Part shown: in pieces, positions 36,763-45,671 of the stretch
Numbering within the stretch: the first letter of the stretch is position 1
Layout of the letters: every line of letters starts with the position of its first letter
From: Xanthobacteraceae bacterium
Lineage (GTDB): Bacteria; Pseudomonadota; Alphaproteobacteria; Rhizobiales; Xanthobacteraceae
Reading direction: 5' to 3'
Length of the DNA: 64,000 nt
Assembly: GCA_050725855.1 (NCBI GenBank)
Contig: JBOHIU010000214.1
Coordinates: 32,838-96,837, forward strand
Notes under the pieces: generated by a model
What the model was told of the DNA's origin: nothing
Database searches by the model: none
Seen by the model: the letters and a program-made list of their open reading frames with translations, nothing else
Translations under genes and position numbers: made by a program

Positions 36763-38174
36763 CGTTTTGCCGCCGCGAGCGCTGCCGCGATCCGTTCGAT
36801 CAGGTTGCCCGCCACGTCCTCTTTCGATTGCGGCGGCCAGGATTCAATCCCGGACGCGGTAACAAGGTGAATCGTATTGCTGTCGCCGCCCATGATCCCG
36901 GTCTCCGGCGAAACGTCATTGGCCAGGATCCAGTCGCAGCCCTTTTTGGCGAGCTTGGCTTTTGCATTGGCGACGACGTTGTCTGTCTCCGCGGCAAATC
37001 CGATGACGAGTGCCGGCCGGCCGGCCTTGCGGTGAGCAAACGTCGCCAGGAGATCGGGGTTTTCCACCAGCGCGAGTTGCTGTGGGCCGCCTTGCTGCTT
37101 CTTGATTTTGTGGGCGCTCGCCTCCGCGACCCGCCAATCGGCGACCGCCGCAGCAAAAACAGCCACGTCGGCCGGGAGCGCCTTTTCGACGGCATCGAGC
37201 ATCTGCCTCGCGGTCTCCACTTTGACCACGGCTACGTTCGGCGGATCGGGTATGTCGACGGGGCCCGACACAAGCATCACGTCGGCGCCTGCAGCCGCTG
37301 AAGCTGCAGCAATCGCGTGGCCCTGCTTGCCGGAGGAGCGATTGGCGATGAAGCGGACGGGGTCGATCGGTTCATGGGTAGGTCCGGAGGTCACCAACAC
37401 ACGCTTGCCGGTAAGTTGTCCTCGTGGTCGCAATATCGCGTCGACCGCACCGGCGATCTCGTTGGGCTCCGCCATGCGGCCGAGACCGGCTTCGCCGCGT
37501 TCCGCCATCTCGCCGCTGCCGGGACCGATCAGGCGGATCCCATCAGCCACAAGCTGGGCCAGATTGCGCTTTGTTGAGTTGGCGCTCCACATGCGCGGGT
37601 TCATCGCCGGTGCAAGAACGATCGGCTTGTCAGTCGCCAGCAGCACTGCGGAGGCAAGATCATCGGCGTGACCGCCCGCCATCTTGGCCATCAGATCGGC
37701 GGTTGCCGGCGCCACGACAATGAGATCGGTGTCGCGCCCCAGGCGGATATGGCCCACGTCGAACTCGCCGTGCGCATCGAACAGATCGGTGTGAGCGCGC
37801 TCGCCGCAGAGGGCGCCGGCTGCAAGCGGCGTCACGAATTGCCGTGCGGCTTCGGTGAGAATGCAGCGTACGCGCGCGCCGCGGTCCTGCAGCCGGCGGA
37901 TGAGGTCGAGCGATTTATAGGCCGCAATGCCGCCGCCGATGATGAGCAGGACGCGCTTGGTGTCTGCCCGGCCGATGGTCGCCTGCCGCCGAACCGGCTG
38001 ATCGGGGGGCTCGAACTGCTCCAGCACGCTGAGCCCGGTATCCTGCGCAGCATCCTTGAGGATAACGCGAACCTCATCCTCCATCGAGCGGCCGTGCCGC
38101 GCGGCGCGCAGACGGAGCAGCGTCTTCAGCCTGTCGTCGATCTGCCGAACGGTGAGGCTTCCCATGGGATTCAC
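36759..38174 (-). CDS. coaBC: bifunctional phosphopantothenoylcysteine decarboxylase / phosphopantothenate-cysteine ligase with an N-terminal ribbon-helix-helix (FitA/VapB-antitoxin-like) extension
   Basis: The CoaBC core starts near residue 72 ([23 protein letters not shown]). Residues 4-40 ([39 protein letters not shown]) match the RHH antitoxin consensus. No stop separates the two parts. ORF-track start is GTG 38174; an ATG lies at 38165. Confidence 0.85.
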   Translation of the reverse strand: MNPMGSLTVRQIDDRLKTLLRLRAARHGRSMEDEVRVILKDAAQDTGLSVLEQFEPPDQPVRRQATIGRADTKRVLLIIGGGIAAYKSLDLIRRLQDRGARVRCILTEAARQFVTPLAAGALCGERAHTDLFDAHGEFDVGHIRLGRDTDLIVVAPATADLMAKMAGGHADDLASAVLLATDKPIVLAPAMNPRMWSANSTKRNLAQLVADGIRLIGPGSGEMAERGEAGLGRMAEPNEIAGAVDAILRPRGQLTGKRVLVTSGPTHEPIDPVRFIANRSSGKQGHAIAAASAAAGADVMLVSGPVDIPDPPNVAVVKVETARQMLDAVEKALPADVAVFAAAVADWRVAEASAHKIKKQQGGPQQLALVENPDLLATFAHRKAGRPALVIGFAAETDNVVANAKAKLAKKGCDWILANDVSPETGIMGGDSNTIHLVTASGIESWPPQSKEDVAGNLIERIAAALAAAKR

Positions 38175-38198
38175 TCGCCAGAGCCGGCATCATATCGG

Positions 38199-38234
38199 AC
38201 CGGTGATTGCATTGCAATCAATGCAATCACCGGT
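38199..38234. other. perfect 15-bp-stem palindrome spanning the ubiB stop codon, just upstream of the coaBC start
   Basis: ACCGGTGATTGCATT-gcaatc-AATGCAATCACCGGT. No U-tract on either strand. Confidence 0.85.
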
Positions 38235-39813
38235 GCAGGATGATCAGCCAAGCCAACAGCGCCGCAATGATCCAGAGTGCCGCGATGGTCCAGCGGCCGC
38301 GCCGCGCCTCGGCTTTGTCGATCTCGGCGATCGTTGCGGGCGATAGCGCGAGGCCGTCGCGGGTTATTTCGTCAAGTTGCTCGAGCACGCGGACTCCGCG
38401 CGCCAACAGGCCCGGTGCGTTGCCGACAAAACGGCCCAACTGAGATGCGCCTTCCGCCGCGCTCTCCAGCTTGCCCGTCGGGCCAAGATGCCGAGCCATC
38501 CATTCGCCGACGACCGGCTCGGCAGTGCTCCACATGTCGAGCTTTGGATCGAGGGAGCGCGCCACGCCCTCGACCACCACCATGGTTTTCTGCAGGAGCA
38601 GAAGTTCGGGCCGTGTGCGCATGTCGAAAATGCCGGTCACTTCAAATAACAGCGTGAGCAGCCGCGCCATCGAAATCTCCTCGGCCGTGCGGCTGTGTAT
38701 CGGCTCGCCGATGGCGCGAATGGCTTGCGCGAACTCATCGACCGAATGGTGGCGCGGCACATAGCCGGCCTCGAAATGGACTTCGGCCACCCGGCGATAA
38801 TCGCGGGTGATGAAGCCATGCAGGATCTCTGCGAGGAACAAGCGTTCCTTCGCACCCAGCCGTCCCATAATGCCGAAGTCGACCGCGATCAGCCTTCCTT
38901 CGTCGTCGGCGAACAGGTTGCCGGGGTGCATATCGGCGTGAAAGAAGCCGTCGCGCAGCGCGTGCCGCAGGAACGTTTGGATCAGCGCGCGGGCGACTTG
39001 ACGCAGATCGAGGCCCTTGGCTTGCAGGTTGGCCCGGTCGGACAAGGCGGTCGCATCGATCCATTCAAGCGTGAGCACGTCCTTACTGGTGCGATCCCAA
39101 TCGACGGCCGGTACTCGAAAATCGGGATCGTTTTTGGTGTTTTCGGCTATCTCCGAGGCTGCTGCCGCCTCCAGGCGGAAATCCATCTCGACCATGACCG
39201 ATCGCCGCAATGTGTCGACGACCTCGATCATCCGCAGCCGTCGGGCCTCGGCTGACAAGTTTTCCGCGTGACGCGCCACATAGGTGAAGGCGCGCAGATC
39301 CGCATGAAAACGCTCTTCAATTCCGGGCCGCAACACCTTGACGGCGACGGCGCGCGGGCCGGCCGCAGTCGCTACCGAGGCGCGGTGCACTTGCGCGATC
39401 GAGGCCGCCGCGACCGGCGGGCCGAAGCTCGCGAACACCTCGCCGGGCGAGCGCCCCAGCGACATGGCAACGACGCGCTCTGCCTCGGCTTGGGCGAACG
39501 GCGGCATGTGATCTTGCAACTGCTCAAGATCGCGGGCGAGCGCCACGCCGACGACATCGGGCCTGGTCGCCAGAAACTGGCCAAGTTTGACGTAGCTTGG
39601 TCCGAGCCGCGTGAGCGCTTTCGACAGCCGCGCCTTCGCGCTACCGCGGCTCGGTCGCTCGACCAGCCGGGCGAGCCGCAGTCCGATGCGCGCCGGCACC
39701 GGCAGCATTGCCGGCTCGACAAGTCCAAAAACGCCTTCGCGCGCGAAAACAAATCCGGCGCGGCCGATTCGCAGGAGATTCGCAGGGCCGGAGATCACAA
39801 GCGCCAGCCGCAA
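38227..39813 (-). CDS. ubiB: ubiquinone biosynthesis ABC1/UbiB-family kinase-like protein
   Basis: 528 aa with ABC1 domain motifs ([24 protein letters not shown]) and C-terminal TM helices. Confidence 0.92.
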   Translation of the reverse strand: MRLALVISGPANLLRIGRAGFVFAREGVFGLVEPAMLPVPARIGLRLARLVERPSRGSAKARLSKALTRLGPSYVKLGQFLATRPDVVGVALARDLEQLQDHMPPFAQAEAERVVAMSLGRSPGEVFASFGPPVAAASIAQVHRASVATAAGPRAVAVKVLRPGIEERFHADLRAFTYVARHAENLSAEARRLRMIEVVDTLRRSVMVEMDFRLEAAAASEIAENTKNDPDFRVPAVDWDRTSKDVLTLEWIDATALSDRANLQAKGLDLRQVARALIQTFLRHALRDGFFHADMHPGNLFADDEGRLIAVDFGIMGRLGAKERLFLAEILHGFITRDYRRVAEVHFEAGYVPRHHSVDEFAQAIRAIGEPIHSRTAEEISMARLLTLLFEVTGIFDMRTRPELLLLQKTMVVVEGVARSLDPKLDMWSTAEPVVGEWMARHLGPTGKLESAAEGASQLGRFVGNAPGLLARGVRVLEQLDEITRDGLALSPATIAEIDKAEARRGRWTIAALWIIAALLAWLIILHR

Positions 39814-40553
39814 TGCAGCGCCACGATTCCGCCGCTCATCAGCTTGTGCGTGACGCGACCAAAGCCGGCCGCACGCAGCATGGCGGCGAAATCCTGCGGC
39901 GTCGGAAAACGGCGGATCGATTCTACCAGGTAGCGATACGCGTCGGCATCGCCGGCAACGACGCGGCCCAGCGAAGGGATGACCTTGAACGAGTAGAAGT
40001 CATAGAGACGATCAAGGCCCGGTATGTCGACGGCGGAGAATTCGAGGCAAACGAACTTGCCTCCAATCTTGAGAACGCGAAACGCCTCGGCGAGTCCGGC
40101 CTCGATGCGCGCCACGTTGCGGATACCGAAGGCAATGGTCGCGGCATCGAAGCTGCGATCGGCAAACGGCAGCGACTCGGCGTTGGCTTCGGTGAAGCTT
40201 ATCGCCTCGCCAAGCCGGCGCGTGGCGGCACGTTCACGGCCGACCGTCAGCATGTCGGCGTTGATATCGCAGACCGTTGCGCGCGCCTGCAGGCCGCCCG
40301 CCTCGATCACGCGGAACGCCACATCGCCCGTGCCGCCGGCGATATCGAGTAGCGCGAACGGGCTATTCTTCGGCGGATCGAGAGCTGTGATCAGCGCATC
40401 CTTCCAGGCACGATGCAGCCCGAACGACATCAGATCGTTCATCAGGTCATAGCGGCGCGCGACGCTGCGGAAAACGCCGTCGACCAGTGCCTGCTTGTCG
40501 TCAAGCGGCACTTTGCGCGAACCGAAATGGGTCTCATTCATCGCCGATCTCAC
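39795..40553 (-). CDS. ubiE: demethylmenaquinone/ubiquinone C-methyltransferase
   Basis: 252 aa. [27 protein letters not shown]. 19-nt overlap with ubiB. Confidence 0.93.
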   Translation of the reverse strand: MRSAMNETHFGSRKVPLDDKQALVDGVFRSVARRYDLMNDLMSFGLHRAWKDALITALDPPKNSPFALLDIAGGTGDVAFRVIEAGGLQARATVCDINADMLTVGRERAATRRLGEAISFTEANAESLPFADRSFDAATIAFGIRNVARIEAGLAEAFRVLKIGGKFVCLEFSAVDIPGLDRLYDFYSFKVIPSLGRVVAGDADAYRYLVESIRRFPTPQDFAAMLRAAGFGRVTHKLMSGGIVALHCGWRL

Positions 40554-40627
40554 AACTTAAGCATAGCGCGGCTGCGTCAGCGACGCTATGTGTCGAAAAT
40601 TAACCATGTTTCCCGGACGCGCCGGAT

Positions 40628-40796
40628 CTAGTGGAGCGGATTTGACATTCGCTATCCACCCAGCCGAGAAGTTCCAGTAGCGAATGTCAAATCCAAAGCT
40701 CCACTAGCACTTATATTTGCTAGTGGCCCCTTTGATTCTAACATTCGCATGTGAGGGTGCCGAAATGGGATGCGAATGTTAGAATCGGGCCACTAG
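40628..40796 (+). repeat. double-hairpin intergenic element, copy 6 (subfamily 2, best-preserved copy)
   Basis: CTAGTGGAGCGGATTTGACATTCGCTA..TAGCGAATGTCAAATCCAAAGCTCCACTAG / CACTTATATTTG / CTAGTGGCCCCTTTGATTCTAACATTCGCAT..ATGCGAATGTTAGAATCGGGCCACTAG. Both inner stems are 17 bp and perfect. Ends 2 nt before the mutM ATG. Confidence 0.95.
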
Positions 40797-40798
40797 CG

Positions 40799-41692
40799 AT
40801 GCCCGAACTGCCCGAAGTCGAAACCGTGCGCCGCGGGCTCGAGCCCGCCATGGAGGGTGCCCGCTTCACCAAGGTGGAGGTGCGCCGTGGCGATCTGCGC
40901 TGGCCGCTGCCCAAGGATTTCAAGGCGCAGCTCGAGGGTAAGACGGTCACCGGCATGGGCCGTCGGGCCAAATATTTGCTCGCCGACCTGTCCTCGGGCG
41001 AGGTTCTGCTCATGCATCTCGGCATGTCGGGTTCTTTTTATGTGTTCGATGAAAAAGCCCACGCAGCCAAAGGCGAAACGCCGGGCCTCTATTATCATCA
41101 GCGCGCCCAGCATATCGCCCACGACCATGTGGTTTTTCATATGTCGTCGGGCATGGTCGTGACTTTCAACGATCCGCGCCGCTTCGGTTCGATGAAGGTC
41201 GTGCCGCGCCAACAGCTCGACACTGAGCCGCTCCTCAATCGGCTCGGCCCGGAGCCGCTCGGCAACGAATTCGATGCGACCATGTTGGCGTGCGCCTGCG
41301 CGGGCAAGAAGACAAGCCTCAAGGCGGCGCTGCTGGACCAGCGTGTCGTTGCCGGGCTCGGCAACATCTATGTTTGCGAGGCGCTGCATCGCGCTCACCT
41401 GTCTCCCAAGCGAACGGCTTCCACCATCGCCAGCCGAAACAGGGCGCCGAACGAACGCGCTGAACGCCTTGTTGATGGCATCAAGGCCGTGCTCAACCAG
41501 GCCATCAAGGACGGCGGCTCGACACTCCGCAATCACCGGCTCACCGATGGCGATCTCGGCATGTTCCAGACCCATTTCCGCGTCTACGATCGGGAAGGCC
41601 GGAAATGTCCGGCACCGGGCTGTGGCGGTACCGTCAAGCGTATCGTGCAGAGCGGACGATCAACGTTCTATTGCCCGACATGCCAGAAGTGA
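40799..41692 (+). CDS. mutM: formamidopyrimidine-DNA glycosylase
   Basis: Starts [15 protein letters not shown]-terminal zinc finger [27 protein letters not shown]. The ORF-track start 40751 lies inside the repeat. Confidence 0.93.
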   Translation: MPELPEVETVRRGLEPAMEGARFTKVEVRRGDLRWPLPKDFKAQLEGKTVTGMGRRAKYLLADLSSGEVLLMHLGMSGSFYVFDEKAHAAKGETPGLYYHQRAQHIAHDHVVFHMSSGMVVTFNDPRRFGSMKVVPRQQLDTEPLLNRLGPEPLGNEFDATMLACACAGKKTSLKAALLDQRVVAGLGNIYVCEALHRAHLSPKRTASTIASRNRAPNERAERLVDGIKAVLNQAIKDGGSTLRNHRLTDGDLGMFQTHFRVYDREGRKCPAPGCGGTVKRIVQSGRSTFYCPTCQK

Positions 41693-41714
41693 ATTTAAGC
41701 GAACGGGAACACGA

Positions 41715-42488
41715 ATGAGCAGCGAGAACATCATTGCCGAGAGACGCGGCCGGGTGGGCCTGATCAGGCTTAACCGCCCCCAGGTGCTCAACGCCCTCAA
41801 CGGCGCGCTGATGCGCGAGCTGGCTGCAGCCGTCGATGCATTTGAGGCCGATGAAAACGTCGGCTGCATGATCATGACCGGATCGGAGAAGGCCTTCGCG
41901 GCCGGCGCCGACATCAAGGAGATGGCCGACAAGGAGTTCACTGACGTCTATTTCGCCGACTTAACGGCGGCATGGCATCGCGTCGCAGCGGCACGCAAGC
42001 CGGTGGTCGCTGCTGTCGCCGGTTTTGCACTCGGCGGCGGCTGCGAACTGGCCCAACAGTGCGATCTGATCATCGCTGCCGACAACGCGAAATTCGGCCA
42101 GCCAGAAATCAAGCTCGGTATTATTCCCGGAATCGGCGGCACGCAGCGTCTCACGCACGCGGTCGGAAAGGCCAAAGCGATGGATTTGATACTCACCGGC
42201 CGCATGATGGACGCGACGGAAGCCGAGCGTTGCGGTCTCGTCGCGCGCGTGGTGCCGGCCGCGAGCCTGGTTGATGAAGCCTTGAAAATCGCCGAGACGA
42301 TTGCCGCCATGTCGCTGCCTTCGGTTTTGGCGGCCAAAGAGGCGGTCAATCGCGCGTTCGAGACTTCGCTCGCCGAAGGCATCCGTTTCGAACGCCGCAT
42401 TTTTCATTCGCTGTTTGCAACGAATGACCAAAAAGAAGGTATGAGCGCATTCGTCGAAAAGCGCCCGCCGAAGTTCGAAAATAAGTGA
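41715..42488 (+). CDS. enoyl-CoA hydratase (crotonase family)
   Basis: Internal ATG of ORF 41274..42488. [32 protein letters not shown]. Confidence 0.9.
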   Translation: MSSENIIAERRGRVGLIRLNRPQVLNALNGALMRELAAAVDAFEADENVGCMIMTGSEKAFAAGADIKEMADKEFTDVYFADLTAAWHRVAAARKPVVAAVAGFALGGGCELAQQCDLIIAADNAKFGQPEIKLGIIPGIGGTQRLTHAVGKAKAMDLILTGRMMDATEAERCGLVARVVPAASLVDEALKIAETIAAMSLPSVLAAKEAVNRAFETSLAEGIRFERRIFHSLFATNDQKEGMSAFVEKRPPKFENK

Positions 42489-43877
42489 TCACTTGCGCAC
42501 GCAGATCACACGGACGACCGACTGATCGGCGTTGCCCCGGCGGAGCGAGGGCAGAATACCATGCGCCTTAAGGAAAGCGCGCACGGCAGCCGCAGGCACC
42601 ACGGCTGCCTGCCGCGTGACCGAGCCGCTTCCGGCGTCGATAGACGACCGTAGTACGGCAATTCCCGAGAAACGGCCCTGCGCATCGATAGCCGCCGCGC
42701 CGGAGAAGCCGGCTTTCGGGACGAGCTCAAGGTTCTGCTCGTCGCGGTGCACCGCTATCCTCGTAACCGCGTCGCTGCCCTGTTGCGCGGCCGGATCGGC
42801 GATGCCGACAATTGCCAGATCGTCACCTTGGCTTCCGCCGGCGAGCTCCACGGGAACCAAGTTTTGCGCGCCATAAAGCCGGATCAGCGCAAGATCGCTT
42901 GCACCGTCGTCGGCGATACGCGCGGCATGACCATAGCCGGGAATCGTGATGGCGTTGCAATCGGCGGTGACCTGCCGCGTGGTGATGAGGTCGCCGCTGG
43001 TGTCAACCACGGTGGCGGTGCCGTATACGACCGCGCGCTCCCGATCCAACGGCAGAGCCGCAGTGGGGTCGGGAAATCCCTGAAACGAATTGGCGATCGC
43101 GAGCGCGACTGGCGCCATGATCCCTGCGGTCGCCTGATCGTAGAGGATGGTGATGCCGCGGATATGGCTGCCGCTGCTTTCGGCGCGTGCGACGAAATAC
43201 TTCAGGCCCTGAGTGCCGGACATGACAAATGAATTTGGCGCAAGGGTGCTCGATTCCACCGAGCGGCCGCGTGGCGCCGTCTTGTCGCGCTCGAACAGCA
43301 CCGGCAAACTCGCATCGCTCAGGGCGAAAGCGTAGATCTGGATCTGGCCGTGTCCGGAGCTCCAGCGGCTGCCAATGCGGGACGGGCCTAGCGGCAACAC
43401 CAGCTTCTCTGGAATACCGAAATGTGCGCCGGTCGCCGTATCGTCGATAACCCGCCAGCCCACCGCTTGCCGATGCGGTTCCGCGGCGGCGGCGAGACGC
43501 GCGCGGTCCTCATCGGTGAGGATGCTAGTTTCCTGATCGTTGTTGGCCTTCTGAAACAGTTTCACTGCGTCTATGACGCGCTGATCGTCAAAATTGCCGC
43601 CCCCTGGACCTTCGTAATAGCCGGTCCAGGCAAGGTCCGCTTGAATCGCAAGACGCTTGTCCGCTGGCATGACCGCGTAGGCGCTCGCTATTGCTGCCGC
43701 GGCCTCTTTTCCGTCCGACTTTTTTCCCGCCGCCTTGGCTCTCGGCTTGCGGGCAGCTCCGTGCGCGGGTTTTTTCTCGGTCTGGACGGCCGGTTTGTGC
43801 GCCCTAGCCTGCTGGGCCAAAGCGGATCCGCTCGCCAGTGCAAGGCATGCAACGATGGCCGTCATCCTTGCTTTCAT
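42489..43877 (-). CDS. secreted peptidoglycan-binding-domain / trypsin-like serine protease-domain protein
   Basis: Start at Met42 (MKARMTAIVACLALASGSALA signal peptide). PG_binding_1-like LAIQADLAWTGYYEGP...AVKLFQ. C-terminal chymotrypsin-fold-like GFSGAAAIDAQGRFSGIAV. Confidence 0.7.
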   Translation of the reverse strand: MKARMTAIVACLALASGSALAQQARAHKPAVQTEKKPAHGAARKPRAKAAGKKSDGKEAAAAIASAYAVMPADKRLAIQADLAWTGYYEGPGGGNFDDQRVIDAVKLFQKANNDQETSILTDEDRARLAAAAEPHRQAVGWRVIDDTATGAHFGIPEKLVLPLGPSRIGSRWSSGHGQIQIYAFALSDASLPVLFERDKTAPRGRSVESSTLAPNSFVMSGTQGLKYFVARAESSGSHIRGITILYDQATAGIMAPVALAIANSFQGFPDPTAALPLDRERAVVYGTATVVDTSGDLITTRQVTADCNAITIPGYGHAARIADDGASDLALIRLYGAQNLVPVELAGGSQGDDLAIVGIADPAAQQGSDAVTRIAVHRDEQNLELVPKAGFSGAAAIDAQGRFSGIAVLRSSIDAGSGSVTRQAAVVPAAAVRAFLKAHGILPSLRRGNADQSVVRVICVRK

Positions 43878-43992
43878 GCCCGCACTCGCCGCCTTTCCCG
43901 AAAGCGTAGCCGAACCATACGGTAACGCAATCTTGTCGGTGCGCGCTTGACGGACCGGTCCCGGCGGCGTTCGGTTATCGCGCAGGATCAAG

Positions 43993-44793
43993 ATGCTCAC
44001 CGCCGACGAACTGGAACGCTACGCGCGTCATATCGTATTGCGGGAAGTGGGCGGCCCTGGACAAGCCGCGCTCCACCGCGCGCGCGTGCTTGTGATCGGA
44101 GCCGGGGGGCTCGGCGCGCCGGTGCTCCTCTACCTTGCCGCTGCCGGTCTCGGCACGCTTGCGGTCGTCGACGATGATGTCGTCACGCTTTCCAACTTGC
44201 AGCGTCAGGTGATTCACGAAACCCCGGATGTCGGGCGGCCCAAGGTCGAAAGCGCGGCGGCCTCCATTCGCGGGCTCAATCCGCATGTCGCTGTGGAACA
44301 GCACCAGACGCGGTTAACCTCGCAAAACGCACTCGACCTGATCAAGCGTTATGACATCATTGCCGACGGATCGGATAATTTCGCCACGCGCTATCTCGTT
44401 TCCGACGCCTGTTATTTTGCTGGCAAGCCGCTGGTCACTGCTGCGCTCGGCAGCTTTGACGCCACACTCACGACGATCCGCGCCCATGAGCGCGGCGCCA
44501 GCGGCAAGCCCAATCCCAGCTACCGCTGCCTATTCCCGGAACCGCCGCCGCCCGGCAGCGTCCCAGCCTGCGCCGAAGCCGGCGTGCTCGGCGCGCTCGC
44601 CGGCGTCATCGGCTCTATGATGGCTTTGGAGATCATTCGCGAAGTCGTCGGCTTCGGCGAAAACCTGGTTGGGCGACTTTTGATGATTGACGCGCGCGCG
44701 ATGCGCTTCGAGACGCTGCGCTACGAATGGGACCCGGACAATCCGCTGTCGGGCGAGAAGCCGACGATCAAGGACCTGTCCGGACACACCTGA
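43993..44793 (+). CDS. ThiF/MoeB/HesA-family adenylyltransferase
   Basis: 266 aa. YARHIVLREVGGPGQ, VLVIGAGGLGAP, LSNLQRQ. Confidence 0.88.
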   Translation: MLTADELERYARHIVLREVGGPGQAALHRARVLVIGAGGLGAPVLLYLAAAGLGTLAVVDDDVVTLSNLQRQVIHETPDVGRPKVESAAASIRGLNPHVAVEQHQTRLTSQNALDLIKRYDIIADGSDNFATRYLVSDACYFAGKPLVTAALGSFDATLTTIRAHERGASGKPNPSYRCLFPEPPPPGSVPACAEAGVLGALAGVIGSMMALEIIREVVGFGENLVGRLLMIDARAMRFETLRYEWDPDNPLSGEKPTIKDLSGHT

Positions 44794-44884
44794 AGCGGGT
44801 CATTGCCAGCGGAGGCGAACCAACCCACTTTGGGCGGTTGGCTCTGGGCCGCTTCGCGGGTGTGCTTCTCGCTGTTACGAACGA

Positions 44885-45535
44885 TCACCTCGCCTGCCCG
44901 TGATAGACGCTGTTCGGCCGCATGTCGGTCGCGGACGCCACGCGGTTGGTCATGTTGAAGAAGCCGGCCACCGCGGCGATGTCCCAGATGTCGCGGTCGG
45001 AGAAGCCGGCGCGACGCAGCGCGGCATGGTCGTCCTCCTCGGCCAGCCACGGCTCGGCGGTGAGCTTGACGGCGAAATCGAGCATGGCGCGTTGGCGCTT
45101 CGATAACCGGGCGGCGCGGTAATTCATCGCCATCAGCTCGCCAAGCACCGGATCGCTGGAAAGCGCTCGCACCCCCGCGCCGTGGGCGACGAGACAGTAA
45201 TAGCAGCGGTTCTGCGCCGACACCACGACCGCGATCATCTCCCGCTCGAGCCTGCTCAAGCCGGACGGCGCCAGCATCAAATCGTTATACATGGCGACAA
45301 AAGCGGAAAGCTTGGCCATGTCGAACGCGTAGGCCTTGAGCACGTTTGGAACGAAGCCGAGCTTTTCCTCGCACTTGGCGAAATAGGCGGCCATGTCGGC
45401 CGACAGCGGTGCCGGCGGAAGCGACAACGCGGTGATCGTGGTGTCATCGCCGGCTGCGGCGCCGGGCCGCGTGTTCCCACCACTTGCAGCCGAAGTGATT
45501 TTGCTGTTTCGCTTCTTGCTGTTGCGCTTGGCCAT
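44885..45535 (-). CDS. peroxidase-related carboxymuconolactone-decarboxylase (AhpD-like) family protein
   Basis: 216 aa. GFVPNVLKAYAF, NRCYYCLVAHG. Lys/Ser-rich N-terminal tail. Confidence 0.8.
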   Translation of the reverse strand: MAKRNSKKRNSKITSAASGGNTRPGAAAGDDTTITALSLPPAPLSADMAAYFAKCEEKLGFVPNVLKAYAFDMAKLSAFVAMYNDLMLAPSGLSRLEREMIAVVVSAQNRCYYCLVAHGAGVRALSSDPVLGELMAMNYRAARLSKRQRAMLDFAVKLTAEPWLAEEDDHAALRRAGFSDRDIWDIAAVAGFFNMTNRVASATDMRPNSVYHGQAR

Positions 45536-45671
45536 GTCGGCTCCCTGTGTCTTGTCGTGCCGCGGTCGGCGATGCTCGCCGTCGAGCCATTATAAGTCCC
45601 GCTATGGCGGAAGGGGCGCGTCGCTAAAGCTATCTGCAGGGGTTCGGGGCCACCGATGCGGAAGGGCGCCC

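Noticed and set aside
40641-40646. Perfect TTGACA hexamers inside hairpin 1 of subfamily-2 elements, and TATATT in the linker, as outward promoters.
   Set aside because: No acceptable -10 lies 16-18 nt after the TTGACA on either strand, and no acceptable -35 lies before the linker TATATT. The hexamers are explained by the conserved stem sequence.
45393-45671. 93-codon N-terminal extension of the gdhB ORF, overlapping the divergent AhpD-like gene.
   Set aside because: The extension is antisense to a confirmed CDS and low-complexity. GDH similarity starts after ATG 45672.
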